Shown here piece after piece: positions 9,157 to 17,988 of a stretch of 64,000 nucleotides of DNA. Both the position numbers and the translations under genes were made by a program. The notes below the pieces were generated by a model. The model saw nothing but the letters and a program-made list of their open reading frames with translations. It was not told the origin of the DNA and made no database searches. Within the stretch, counting starts at the first letter, position 1. Each line of letters starts with the position of its first letter. Origin of the DNA: Candidatus Hermodarchaeum yapensis (GTDB lineage Archaea; Asgardarchaeota; Hermodarchaeia; Hermodarchaeales; Hermodarchaeaceae); NCBI GenBank assembly GCA_016840405.1, contig JAEOSK010000002.1, positions 68,042 through 132,041 on the forward strand, written 5' to 3'.

Positions 9157-10716
9157 ATGACAATAGGAGAATTAGTTGAAAAACAGGCTCAACAATATTC
9201 CGATAAAATCTTCCTCTACTGGCAAGATGAAACAGTGACTTATACTCAATTGAATGCGCTTACCAATAAGGTTGCAAATATGCTCCACAGCCTAGGTATT
9301 CGTAAGGGAGATGTCGTCAGCGTTTTACTTCCCAACATGCCAGAATACGTCTATCTCTACTTGGGCATCCCCAAACTTGGTGCAATCGTGGGACCAGTCA
9401 ATGCCCTTTTCAAAGCACGAGAAATTCAATTTGTAGTGGGGCATTCTGAAGCCAAGGTCCTAGTTACGATTCCACGTTTTATGGACATTGTAAGCACTAT
9501 TCAGAAAGACCTACCTTGTTTAGAACATGTCATTGTCATAGATGAATCGAGTCAAGAAGCTCTAAGTTACCACGACCTAATGGAAAAAGCCGCAGCAACC
9601 ACTCCACCAACAGTATCCATAGATGAAAAAGAGGATCCCGCTGCTATTCTGTACACCTCGGGAACCACTGGGTTTCCCAAGGGTGTATTGCAGACCCATT
9701 TCAATATCAAACGGAATGCCCAGATGATCATTGATCATCTGGGAGTAGACGCCAATGAAGATCATCGATTCATGCTTATTTTACCTCTCTTTCATGTGAA
9801 TGCTCAAATTGTCACCGTCATGTCTCCTCTCACCCTTGGCGCAAGCACCATACTCACACCAGGTTTTTCCGCAAAAACCCATTGGGAAACTGTCGCGAAA
9901 TATCGCGCAACCACCTTTAGTGCTGTTCCAACCATACTTTCAATCCTTTTGCGAATGCCCCATGAAGGTTTAGACCTGTCCTCCATTAAATGGATTATCT
10001 GTGGTGCTGCCCCACTTCCCATTGAGATCATGAAAGCTTTCGAATCAACCTTCCATTGCAGCGTTGTCGAAGGATATGGGCTCACAGAAGGAACCTGCGC
10101 CTCCTCCTGTAACCCGCTCCCCACAGAAACCGAAGATAGACGCAAAGTTGGCAGCATTGGCGTTGCTTTACCTGATACCAAAATGAAAATCGTTGATGAT
10201 TCAGGGAATGATGTTCCAGCAAAGGGAACAGGTGAAATCATCTGCAAAGGCGATAACGTTATGAAAGGCTACTTCAAGAACCCTGAAGCGAATGCTGAGA
10301 CTCTCAAAGATGGATGGTTATACACTGGAGACCTGGGCTATGTGGATAACGATGGGTTCTTCTACATTGTGGGTCGGAAGAAGGATTTGATTATTCGCGG
10401 GGGCGAGAACATCTATCCAAGGGAAGTCGAAGAGGTGCTCTACGCATACCCGGGGGTCACAGAAGCTGCTGTTATCGGTGTCTTTGATGAAATCTATGGC
10501 GAAGTTCCTAAAGCTTTCATCGTGATGAAAGAAGCCTACGAAGCATCAGAGGACCAGATCCTTCAACATTGTCTAGAGAATCTCGCTGACTTCAAAGTTC
10601 CTCAATATGTGGAGTTTCGCTCAGAATTACCCAAGAATCCTACCGGAAAGATTATGAAAACCCCACTCCGCGAAGAAGAAGCTGAGAAATTACAAGAAAC
10701 AAACCCGTCGGACTGA
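9157..10716 (+). CDS. AMP-dependent acyl-CoA synthetase (fatty-acid--CoA ligase family)
   Basis: AMP-binding signature LYTSGTTGFPKGV, plus GYGLTE, YTGDLG and GRKKDLIIRGGENIYP. ATG 9157 preceded by GGAGGA. Confidence 0.85.
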   Translation: MTIGELVEKQAQQYSDKIFLYWQDETVTYTQLNALTNKVANMLHSLGIRKGDVVSVLLPNMPEYVYLYLGIPKLGAIVGPVNALFKAREIQFVVGHSEAKVLVTIPRFMDIVSTIQKDLPCLEHVIVIDESSQEALSYHDLMEKAAATTPPTVSIDEKEDPAAILYTSGTTGFPKGVLQTHFNIKRNAQMIIDHLGVDANEDHRFMLILPLFHVNAQIVTVMSPLTLGASTILTPGFSAKTHWETVAKYRATTFSAVPTILSILLRMPHEGLDLSSIKWIICGAAPLPIEIMKAFESTFHCSVVEGYGLTEGTCASSCNPLPTETEDRRKVGSIGVALPDTKMKIVDDSGNDVPAKGTGEIICKGDNVMKGYFKNPEANAETLKDGWLYTGDLGYVDNDGFFYIVGRKKDLIIRGGENIYPREVEEVLYAYPGVTEAAVIGVFDEIYGEVPKAFIVMKEAYEASEDQILQHCLENLADFKVPQYVEFRSELPKNPTGKIMKTPLREEEAEKLQETNPSD

Positions 10717-10821
10717 CTTATCAAAATATCCACGAGTACAATGTCAGATATTTTATTCAAAGAATTTCCACCTAATATCCAACCATATGCCATGCGTTCA
10801 TGTTCGTAAGAAGGGGCTTTA

Positions 10822-11562
10822 CTAAACCGAAATCAGATCATGGAGTAAGTCAACCAGCTGAGGATAGGTTGCTACAGTATAATCATACAAGTCTTCAGAT
10901 ACAGCTAGGGTGGGCTCTTCTGGGTGTTCTGCCTGGTGCCAAGTGCTATAGATGTATTTGATGCCTAATTGACGACAGGCACCATCATGACGAATGCTAT
11001 CGCCAATATGAATGGTCCTGTTTGGTGGAACCTTAAGTTTGTCAAGTGACAACTGAAAGGGCTTCAAATCTGCTTTGAGGGCTCCTGCTTTTTCTGAGGT
11101 CATAATGGTGTCAAAGAAGTGTCGAATCTTTAACTGGTCTAGATAACCTTCAATCATCTCTTGATACCAGTTAGAAACAACAGCCAGTTTCAATCCTTGA
11201 TCTCGAATCCATTGAAGTGCTTCACGGGTTCCAGGGAAGCACGTGACTTTTGTGCGGAGATATTCCCAGCCTTCTCCTTCAATTTCCCGAAGTTGGTCAA
11301 CGGGGAAATCTTTGTATCCCATAAGGTCGACTATGTGTTTCAGGAAGGGTGTCACTTCAGAAAAAGGTTTGATTGGTGCCGCGATGTATTCGTATTCACT
11401 TTTTACGAGCACTTTATCCTTGGCTTTATTGAAATCGTCATACGGGCCTAGCACTCCAATTTCTTGGAGTCTAGGCCAGATGCATTCGCGGTTCATGTCT
11501 TCGATGACTAAATCGCTAGCGAGGGTTCGACCATGATCAAAGAAGATGGCTTCGATTGGAAT
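10822..11562 (-). CDS. HAD-superfamily hydrolase (start probably non-canonical ATT)
   Basis: Motif II LAVVSNW, motif III K (KADLKPF), motif IV IGDSIRHD. Motif I (AIFFDHGRTL) lies upstream of the first ATG (11496), in frame, after GGAGAG-N7-ATT. Confidence 0.6.
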   Translation of the reverse strand: MPIEAIFFDHGRTLASDLVIEDMNRECIWPRLQEIGVLGPYDDFNKAKDKVLVKSEYEYIAAPIKPFSEVTPFLKHIVDLMGYKDFPVDQLREIEGEGWEYLRTKVTCFPGTREALQWIRDQGLKLAVVSNWYQEMIEGYLDQLKIRHFFDTIMTSEKAGALKADLKPFQLSLDKLKVPPNRTIHIGDSIRHDGACRQLGIKYIYSTWHQAEHPEEPTLAVSEDLYDYTVATYPQLVDLLHDLISV

Positions 11563-11654
11563 GAGGGCTCTCTCCTATGGTTGTATAATGGCGAGGTGTA
11601 TGGTCTATGGGTTTTTGAAGGTTTTCTGAATGGAAAGATTTAAAACCTACTGAG

Positions 11655-11702
11655 TATAATTATACTAATGATTATACTGGATATAATTTACATAAATTTA
11701 CA
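11655..11702 (+). promoter_or_regulatory. AT-rich tandem 12-mer pairs / promoter region of the AbrB-like gene
   Basis: TATAATTATACT|AATGATTATACT (11655-11678) and ATATAATTTACA|TAAATTTACA (11681-11702), immediately upstream of the CDS. Confidence 0.25.
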
Positions 11703-11713
11703 GCGTGATTAGA

Positions 11714-11974
11714 ATGTCAAAAGAAAAACTTCCCGAATCTCCTGAACCGGCTGAACCCATGGTTCATCATCGGCCACCCCGTCATGTGCGAAAGAAAGTA
11801 CGTATTATTGTGAAGGGCTACATGCGCCCCGATGGTTCGTCATATCATGTTGTCATTCCTAAACGGATCCGAGAGATGATGAAGCTCGAGGGTGGAGAAT
11901 ACTTCTTGATGGCAGCTAGCCCCATGCGGGATGAAATTCGTCTCAAGAAGGTTGAACTCTTCGAAGAAGAATAA
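11714..11974 (+). CDS. SpoVT/AbrB-domain DNA-binding protein
   Basis: YHVVIPKRIREMMKLEGGEYFLM matches the swapped-hairpin AbrB/MazE motif (xVxIPKxIRExLxLxxGD). Basic Pro-rich N-terminus. Alternative GTG start at 11705. Confidence 0.5.
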   Translation: MSKEKLPESPEPAEPMVHHRPPRHVRKKVRIIVKGYMRPDGSSYHVVIPKRIREMMKLEGGEYFLMAASPMRDEIRLKKVELFEEE

Positions 11975-12210
11975 CTTCTCTCGATTTGTTGTGCCTAATA
12001 TGAGGTGTCGTTCAGTTAGGTTTCTGTTTGAGTAAATTTTCTACTCGTCGTATTTAGTAGATGTTTAATTAAGGAAAAGGATTGGTATCTCTTTCTATTT
12101 ATCACGATATTGTATAGATAATAATTGTATCAAATTCTTCCCTTCCTCAGAGTATTTGTACTTGTTACAATTCTATCCAATGACTATCACTTGGATTGTG
12201 CTGTTTCACC

Positions 12211-14187
12211 ATGACTGAAGATCGATCAAATTCAGTATTCCCTCAAGCCTCTAAGGAATTGGAGCGAAGTGTCTACACGGCACTAAAGACCTATTCCAAT
12301 GTCCATCGGGGTTCGGGTCATAACTCCATGGTGACTACAGCGCTGTTTGAGGGTGCCAGGGATGTTATTCTTGAATGCATGAATTTGGAGAAGGAGCAGC
12401 ATATGATCGTGTTTGGATCTCCAATGCGGTTGGATTCACTGGAACGGCATTTTGATTCTACGCAAATTCAGAGGGTTTCAAGTCGTGATATCGGTCTGCC
12501 ATTGGGGATTGGGGCACTGGCTATTGAACGCAGAGCGTTGCCGAAAGGTGCTTTACTTCAGATGGGTGGGGGAACTGTCAACATGGTGTATTCCAAGTCC
12601 GTCATCTGGGCTAATCCTCCCGCAAGATTTGAGGCAGGGACACCTAGTATTATCAATGCTATTGCCCTTGCCAAGGGGCTTCAGCTTATCAGGCGTTTCG
12701 GTAGAAACACTTTCAAAATACAAGGGAGTCCGGTTTCAACTTCGCAAGAACTTCTGTATAAGGATGAATTTGAAGGATTCTCTGGGAAGGAATTGCTCCA
12801 AAAACTGAGATTGTCACTTGTTGGTCATGATGTTCGTGTACCAACTGTTGAAGGTGAACAACCGTATAGTAATCTGGATAATGCTGCCAGTACACCGACA
12901 TTTGAGCCAATTTGGCAAGTGGCCAAGCAAATTCTTTGGCAGCCTCACAATTTCCACATAGATCTCGTTTCAAAGGTGAAAGAAATTTGTGCGGAATTCT
13001 TGGGAGCACCACTTAACGATTATGATGTTTTGTTTACTTCCAATACAACCGAAGCCATCAATATTGTAGCACAATTCCTCGTTCGCGACCAGGATGATGG
13101 TTCAACACCAGTAATTCTAACAACCTTGCAGGAACACAACTCGAATGAACTTCCTTGGAGGTATATCTCAGGGGTTTCAGTCAATCGAGTTTCCATAGAT
13201 GATGAAGGTTTTCTGAACCTGGATGAACTTGAACGCATGCTACGGGAATACAACCAGCTACACCGATATGATGCGAAAAGGATTCGAATTGTAGCGGTGA
13301 GTGGAGCATCCAATGTTATTGGATCAATATTTGACGTTCAAGCCATAAGCCAGCTTGTCCATCAGTATGGGGCACGGCTTTTAGTTGATGGGGCACAAGT
13401 GGTCGCCCATCGTCACATTTCTTTGAGTGAACTCGACATTGATTACTTTGCCTTTTCTGGCCACAAAGTGTATGCGCCTTTCGGGAGTGGAGCTTTGGTT
13501 GTGAAGAAGGAACTTATCAATCTCCAATCAGATGATGTTTCGAAAATTAAGATGTCCGGTGAAGAAAATGTGGTTGGCATCGCTACTCTGGGCAAGGCGA
13601 TTATTCTTCTGCAACGAATCGGCATGGAGACGATTGAGGAGTGGGAGCGAATGTTAACTCATCGTATGCTACAAGGTCTTGCTCAGTTACCTGATGTTGA
13701 AGTATTTGGGGTTAGAAATCCCCAATCCCCGAGATTCAGTCAACGTGGCGGGATAATTGCAATTAGCTTGAAAAAAGTGCCACATAATCTCGTTGCAAAA
13801 GAGCTTGCTGAATTGGGTGGAATTGGCATTCGGAATGGCTGTTTCTGTGCCCATTTACTCGTCCAACGCATTTTAAGAATTCACCCAGTCAGAATTTTTG
13901 CTACAAGGATTTTCTTTCGTGTACTCCCAAAACTCACCAATCTTTTACTGCCCGGTTTAATCCGAGTGAGTTTCGGCGTAGAGAATAATGAAAATGATGT
14001 AGATCACTTCATTCAGACCTTGAGGTTAATCGATCAAACAACACGTTCACGTGCAAATAGACTCGTTGCATCGACTAATAATGGAACGATTTTCTTACCT
14101 GTTTCGCAAACTCAAAATCGAATGATTGCCTTTACCGAAAATATTGTGAAGACAGTCTATTCGTTTGACAACGGCATAATTGTGTAG
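12211..14187 (+). CDS. class-V aminotransferase fold cysteine desulfurase (SufS/CsdA-like) with an extra degenerate N-terminal desulfurase-like module
   Basis: C-terminal module: [21 protein letters not shown], PLP-Lys FSGHKVY and catalytic Cys loop [9 protein letters not shown]. N-terminal about 220 aa repeats the NVHRG and GGG..RFEAGTP motifs. Confidence 0.7.
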   Translation: [658 protein letters not shown]

Positions 14188-14564
14188 TTGACTTGGTGAA
14201 GACCTCGCATGGCTCGGATGCGACTGATAAATTCTAAAACGCTTTCGGCTTCACCTTCGGTGATGAATACTTCTAAGCAATAGGATTCACCTAAATGTAG
14301 ATGCATGTTGCCTGACACTATGTGATTAAAGTTGTGACGGAGTCGGGTTAATCGCTCATCCACTCCCGGCAGTTCGTGGGCAGTGATGGCTGTGATGGTG
14401 GCAGTAACCCGACCGTGCTCAAATTTGCTTAGCTCAAATTCTGAAATGGTGGATCGGACCGCGTCACGGATTGCTTCTGATCGACTCGAATATCCTCGTT
14501 GTTTCATGAATTTGTCCAACTGTTTTAATAACTCTGCAGTGAGAGATATGCTGACAATAGGCAT
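14157..14564 (-). CDS. nikR: nickel-responsive regulator NikR (RHH + ACT-like metal-binding domain)
   Basis: N-terminal ribbon-helix-helix (VSISL...RGYSSRSEAIRDAV). C-terminal H-x-H-x5-C (MHLHLGESYC) plus upstream HNFNH, matching the NikR high-affinity site pattern. Confidence 0.8.
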   Translation of the reverse strand: MPIVSISLTAELLKQLDKFMKQRGYSSRSEAIRDAVRSTISEFELSKFEHGRVTATITAITAHELPGVDERLTRLRHNFNHIVSGNMHLHLGESYCLEVFITEGEAESVLEFISRIRAMRGLHQVNYTIMPLSNE

Positions 14565-14625
14565 GAATTCACCTTATTAAATTACGTCGTTAATATTAAT
14601 AAAATTTATTATAAATTGGCATTAG

Positions 14626-14642
14626 ATTAGCACTAAGCTAAT
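14626..14642. promoter_or_regulatory. inverted repeat ATTAGC-N5-GCTAAT in the nikR / P-type ATPase divergent intergenic region
   Basis: Perfect 6-bp arms read directly from the sequence. AT-rich context, so chance occurrence is possible. Confidence 0.25.
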
Positions 14643-14686
14643 AAATACCTAATTCTTTCCTCTCTCAACAACAATAGTCTGATTAC

Positions 14687-16666
14687 TTGAAGGGATTGAG
14701 TTTGCACGGACCAAATGAAGAAAATGGCTGTAGCACCTGTGAAATGGATTATTCACAAGTCATAACACGCGGGTCTTTGTGGAGTGATCGACGGTTTCTC
14801 ATCATTCTTGTTTCTGTTATCCTGTTTAGTTTTGGTCTTGTTTTCGAACTTCTCCTTGGTCTACCAGGGGTTTCACTGAACCTATTTTTCTTTACAGCGT
14901 GTATTGCTGGATTCTACATCGCTAAAGCTGGAATTTCAGGTCTCATCTTCCGTCATCAATTAAACATTGCATTCTTGATGACCATTGCTGCGGTTGCGAG
15001 TTTTCTCATCGGTCATCCAGCAGAGGGTGCCGCAGTGATGATGCTTTACTTCATTGCGGAATTTCTCGAAAGTAAGGCTAAGGAGAAAGCTCAGCGATCA
15101 GTTGCATCGCTTATGAAACTTGCTCCTGAAATGGCGACGGTAAAACAGGCTGGAAAAGAGGTCAATGTGCATGTTCATGACGTTGAAGTCGATGAGATTG
15201 TGGTTGTACGTCCAGGTGAAAAAATCCCTCTAGATGGCGCTGTGAGTAGCGGTACTTCGAGTGTGAATCAAGCCCCTATTACGGGCGAGTCTATTCCCGT
15301 GAGGAAACAAGTCAACGATGAAGTGTATGCAGGAACCATCAATAATGAAGGCTTCCTTGAGGTTCGGGTTACACGGCTTTCTGATGAAACGGTGCTCTCA
15401 AGAATCTTGACCTTGGTTGAAGAGGCGCAGAAGGAGAAATCAACTACTGAGCATTTCATCGACAAGGTTGCTAAATATTATACACCGACGATTGTCTTGC
15501 TTGCTTTACTCGTGGTAGTAATTCCTCCTTTGTTATTTGGTGTTCCGTGGTTTGAATGGGTGTACCGTGGACTTGTTCTCTTGGTTATCTCTTGTCCATG
15601 TGCTTTTGCGATATCGACTCCTGTGGCGATGGTGTCAGCCCTCACTAGCGCAACCAGGAATGGTGTGTTGATTAAGGGAAGTCGGTATGTTGAGGAATTG
15701 GGGAATGTGAAAGTTGTGGCGTTTGATAAAACTGCTACATTGACTGAGGGGCAGCTAGTGGTGACTGATATTGTTTCTGTGAATGGATCCACCAAAGAGG
15801 TCCTCGAAATTGCGGCTTCATTAGAAACGTTTTCTGAGCATCCCATTAGTCAGGCAATCGTTGAGAAGCTTGCAAACCCAGGCGGGGAAGTTCTGCCTGT
15901 GAAGAATTTTAGTGCGATACCCGGCCGTGGTGTCTCAGGAACGATAGATGGGGAGGAGTTCTTTGTGGGAAGTGAACGATTATTCACTGAGCACGGGATT
16001 ACATTTTCACGGGAACTGGTTAATCGACTTGAACGTGAGGGCAAAACAGTGGTGCTTGTAGGCACAGAAAGCGAAGTGATTGGTGTTATTGCGGTTCAAG
16101 ATATTGTGCGTCAGTCTGCGGTTGTAGCAATCTCAGTGTTGAAGAAAATGGGGATCTCGCCTGTCATGTTAACTGGGGATAATGAAGAAATAGCAAGGGC
16201 TATTGCGTCTGAGGTGGGTATTGAGGAAGTCTATGCAGAGCTGTTACCCGGGGATAAGGTGAAGGTCATCAAGGCATTACAAGAGAGATATGGATCGATT
16301 GCAATGGTAGGTGATGGCATTAATGATGCACCTGCTTTAGCGACAGCTGATGTTGGTATTGCGATGGGTGCTATTGGCAGTGATGCGGCTATTGATACGG
16401 CAGATATCGCATTAATGCAAGACGATCTTTCGAGCTTACCCTATTTATTCCGGTTAAGTAGAAAGACTCGTGGCATCGTTCGACAAAATGTCGTTACCTC
16501 ATTAGTTGTGAAATTCAGTCTTGCAGTACTCACATTCCCTGGACTCATATCGTTATGGGTTGCCGTTGCGGTTGGTGACATGGGCTTATCCTTAGCAGTG
16601 GTTCTTAACGCCATGCGTCTGTCAAGAATTCGAACGGACATCAATGGCTCAGAGTTATTGGATTAG
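14687..16666 (+). CDS. heavy-metal P1B-type ATPase (Zn/Cd/Pb-type signature)
   Basis: CPC in TM6 (SCPCAFAIS), phosphorylation motif FDKTATLT (Ala where Gly is usual), SEHP, GDGINDAP, TM Lys (VVKF) and DMG (VGDMG). TTG start; N-terminal GCSTCE. Confidence 0.85.
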   Translation: MKGLSLHGPNEENGCSTCEMDYSQVITRGSLWSDRRFLIILVSVILFSFGLVFELLLGLPGVSLNLFFFTACIAGFYIAKAGISGLIFRHQLNIAFLMTIAAVASFLIGHPAEGAAVMMLYFIAEFLESKAKEKAQRSVASLMKLAPEMATVKQAGKEVNVHVHDVEVDEIVVVRPGEKIPLDGAVSSGTSSVNQAPITGESIPVRKQVNDEVYAGTINNEGFLEVRVTRLSDETVLSRILTLVEEAQKEKSTTEHFIDKVAKYYTPTIVLLALLVVVIPPLLFGVPWFEWVYRGLVLLVISCPCAFAISTPVAMVSALTSATRNGVLIKGSRYVEELGNVKVVAFDKTATLTEGQLVVTDIVSVNGSTKEVLEIAASLETFSEHPISQAIVEKLANPGGEVLPVKNFSAIPGRGVSGTIDGEEFFVGSERLFTEHGITFSRELVNRLEREGKTVVLVGTESEVIGVIAVQDIVRQSAVVAISVLKKMGISPVMLTGDNEEIARAIASEVGIEEVYAELLPGDKVKVIKALQERYGSIAMVGDGINDAPALATADVGIAMGAIGSDAAIDTADIALMQDDLSSLPYLFRLSRKTRGIVRQNVVTSLVVKFSLAVLTFPGLISLWVAVAVGDMGLSLAVVLNAMRLSRIRTDINGSELLD

Positions 16667-17301
16667 GATTTACCAAAGGAGCTTTTGTACTCTTGAAGGA
16701 GCTTTTCATCGACTTCTAGATCTTGAAAAATAACTGGGGCGATTTCTTTCACAAGTCGAAGCATTTCATTGGCAATTGCTCGTATTTCAAATTGGGCGGT
16801 TTGATGCAATCGGAGAGGGAAGAAGGATTCGAGGAGGGTTCGGCCATTGAAGGTGGCAATGATTGCAGTCTCGGAACCCATTGGAGCTAGATATCGGGCA
16901 TCTTCCATGGGTACACCACGCCGGTAATATTCGCGGTAGAGTGTCTCTGCAGCCTTTTGCAGTTTTTCTGGGTCTTCGGCAGCTTCAAGTACGGACTTTG
17001 GGAGAATGAGCTCTTTGATTTTGGTACGTCGAAATGATTTCTGCAAATAACTGGCAATGCGGTGGCGCACAAATTGATGGGTGAAGACGCGGGAAACACC
17101 TGTGATTTCAAAGGTGAAGACAGCGTGTTCTAGCACAGAGGTATGACCCATTTTGATGACCTTTCGCAGGAATGTCTCCCAACCGCCACTTGGAATTTTT
17201 CGGTCAAGCTCTTCCCAAGTTTCCAATACGTTTGAATACCGACCAATCTTCGCACACAGTTGATCGGGATTTTCAGTGTGAGAAAGAATTGTGACTTTCA
17301 C
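16663..17301 (-). CDS. thyX: FAD-dependent thymidylate synthase ThyX
   Basis: ThyX motif FVRHRIASYLQKSFRR (RHRxxSxxxxS). GTG at 17301 follows GGAG-N9 and gives the typical MKVTIL start. The ORF extends to another GTG at 17430. Confidence 0.8.
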   Translation of the reverse strand: MKVTILSHTENPDQLCAKIGRYSNVLETWEELDRKIPSGGWETFLRKVIKMGHTSVLEHAVFTFEITGVSRVFTHQFVRHRIASYLQKSFRRTKIKELILPKSVLEAAEDPEKLQKAAETLYREYYRRGVPMEDARYLAPMGSETAIIATFNGRTLLESFFPLRLHQTAQFEIRAIANEMLRLVKEIAPVIFQDLEVDEKLLQEYKSSFGKS

Positions 17302-17420
17302 GAGCTGCAACTCCGAATTGGAGGGATAGTACTGACTAGCTTGGATATATCTTTTCGCCGATAATACACGCTTATATCTCCGATATCCCCTCAAATTACT
17401 AGCAACGTGTATTACTTTAA

Positions 17421-17981
17421 ATGTGGACACACATGATTGAATTTCTCGTGCTTTTCATTTTCATGGGGATTTGTATCTGCATCGCCGCAATGGCAAGATT
17501 GGGTCGAAGTGATTTGGAGGAAAGCAGGACTGTGAGTTATCGTCCAACACGTTCGAGGTCACGTCCAAGCAGTTCGAGTTCTTTTAATCGTTATAAACGG
17601 TCTCAAACGCGAACTAGGGATCAAAGCTCTAGTCCAATTGGAGGGACTTGTTTAGATTGTGGGGCAGTCTTTAAAGAAGAAACTTCTCTGCAGTGTCCGA
17701 ATTGTGGAGCTGACCGACAGCGTTGTCCTATTTGTCAGCGGTTTGTCACAGCTAACCAAGATTTGTTGGCTTGTCCGCATTGTAAAGCAATTGGTCATGC
17801 AAATGAAATGGAGTTGTGGGTTCATGAGGAGCGAGTTTGTCCATATTGTGGGAGGAAACTTGGCACCCTTGATTTACAGGAGCCGAAAAGACGTCCCAAA
17901 AAGCGAACAAGAACACGTCGTACCAAGCGAACGAAAAAATCGACGAAAAAAGTTACTAAAAAGCTAACTAAAAAGAAATAA
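17421..17981 (+). CDS. membrane-anchored multi-zinc-ribbon protein with Ser/Arg-rich linker and Lys-rich tail
   Basis: N-terminal TM helix, five CxxC-type pairs (CLDC, CPNC, CPIC, CPHC, CPYC), C-terminal KKRTRTRRTKRTKKSTKKVTKKLTKKK. Confidence 0.5.
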   Translation: MWTHMIEFLVLFIFMGICICIAAMARLGRSDLEESRTVSYRPTRSRSRPSSSSSFNRYKRSQTRTRDQSSSPIGGTCLDCGAVFKEETSLQCPNCGADRQRCPICQRFVTANQDLLACPHCKAIGHANEMELWVHEERVCPYCGRKLGTLDLQEPKRRPKKRTRTRRTKRTKKSTKKVTKKLTKKK

Positions 17982-17988
17982 GATTCTT

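Noticed and set aside
15727-15747. DKTATLT (Gly to Ala) as evidence that the P-type ATPase is inactive.
   Set aside because: The phosphorylated Asp and all other catalytic motifs (TGES-region, GDGINDAP, CPC) are intact, so this is noted only as a variant.
17640-17880. RING-finger identity for the Cys-rich region of the 186-aa protein.
   Set aside because: The spacing CPIC-x12-CPHC-x4-H-x13-CPYC does not fit the C3HC4/RING-H2 cross-brace consensus (H-x2-3-C is missing). I kept it as generic zinc ribbons.
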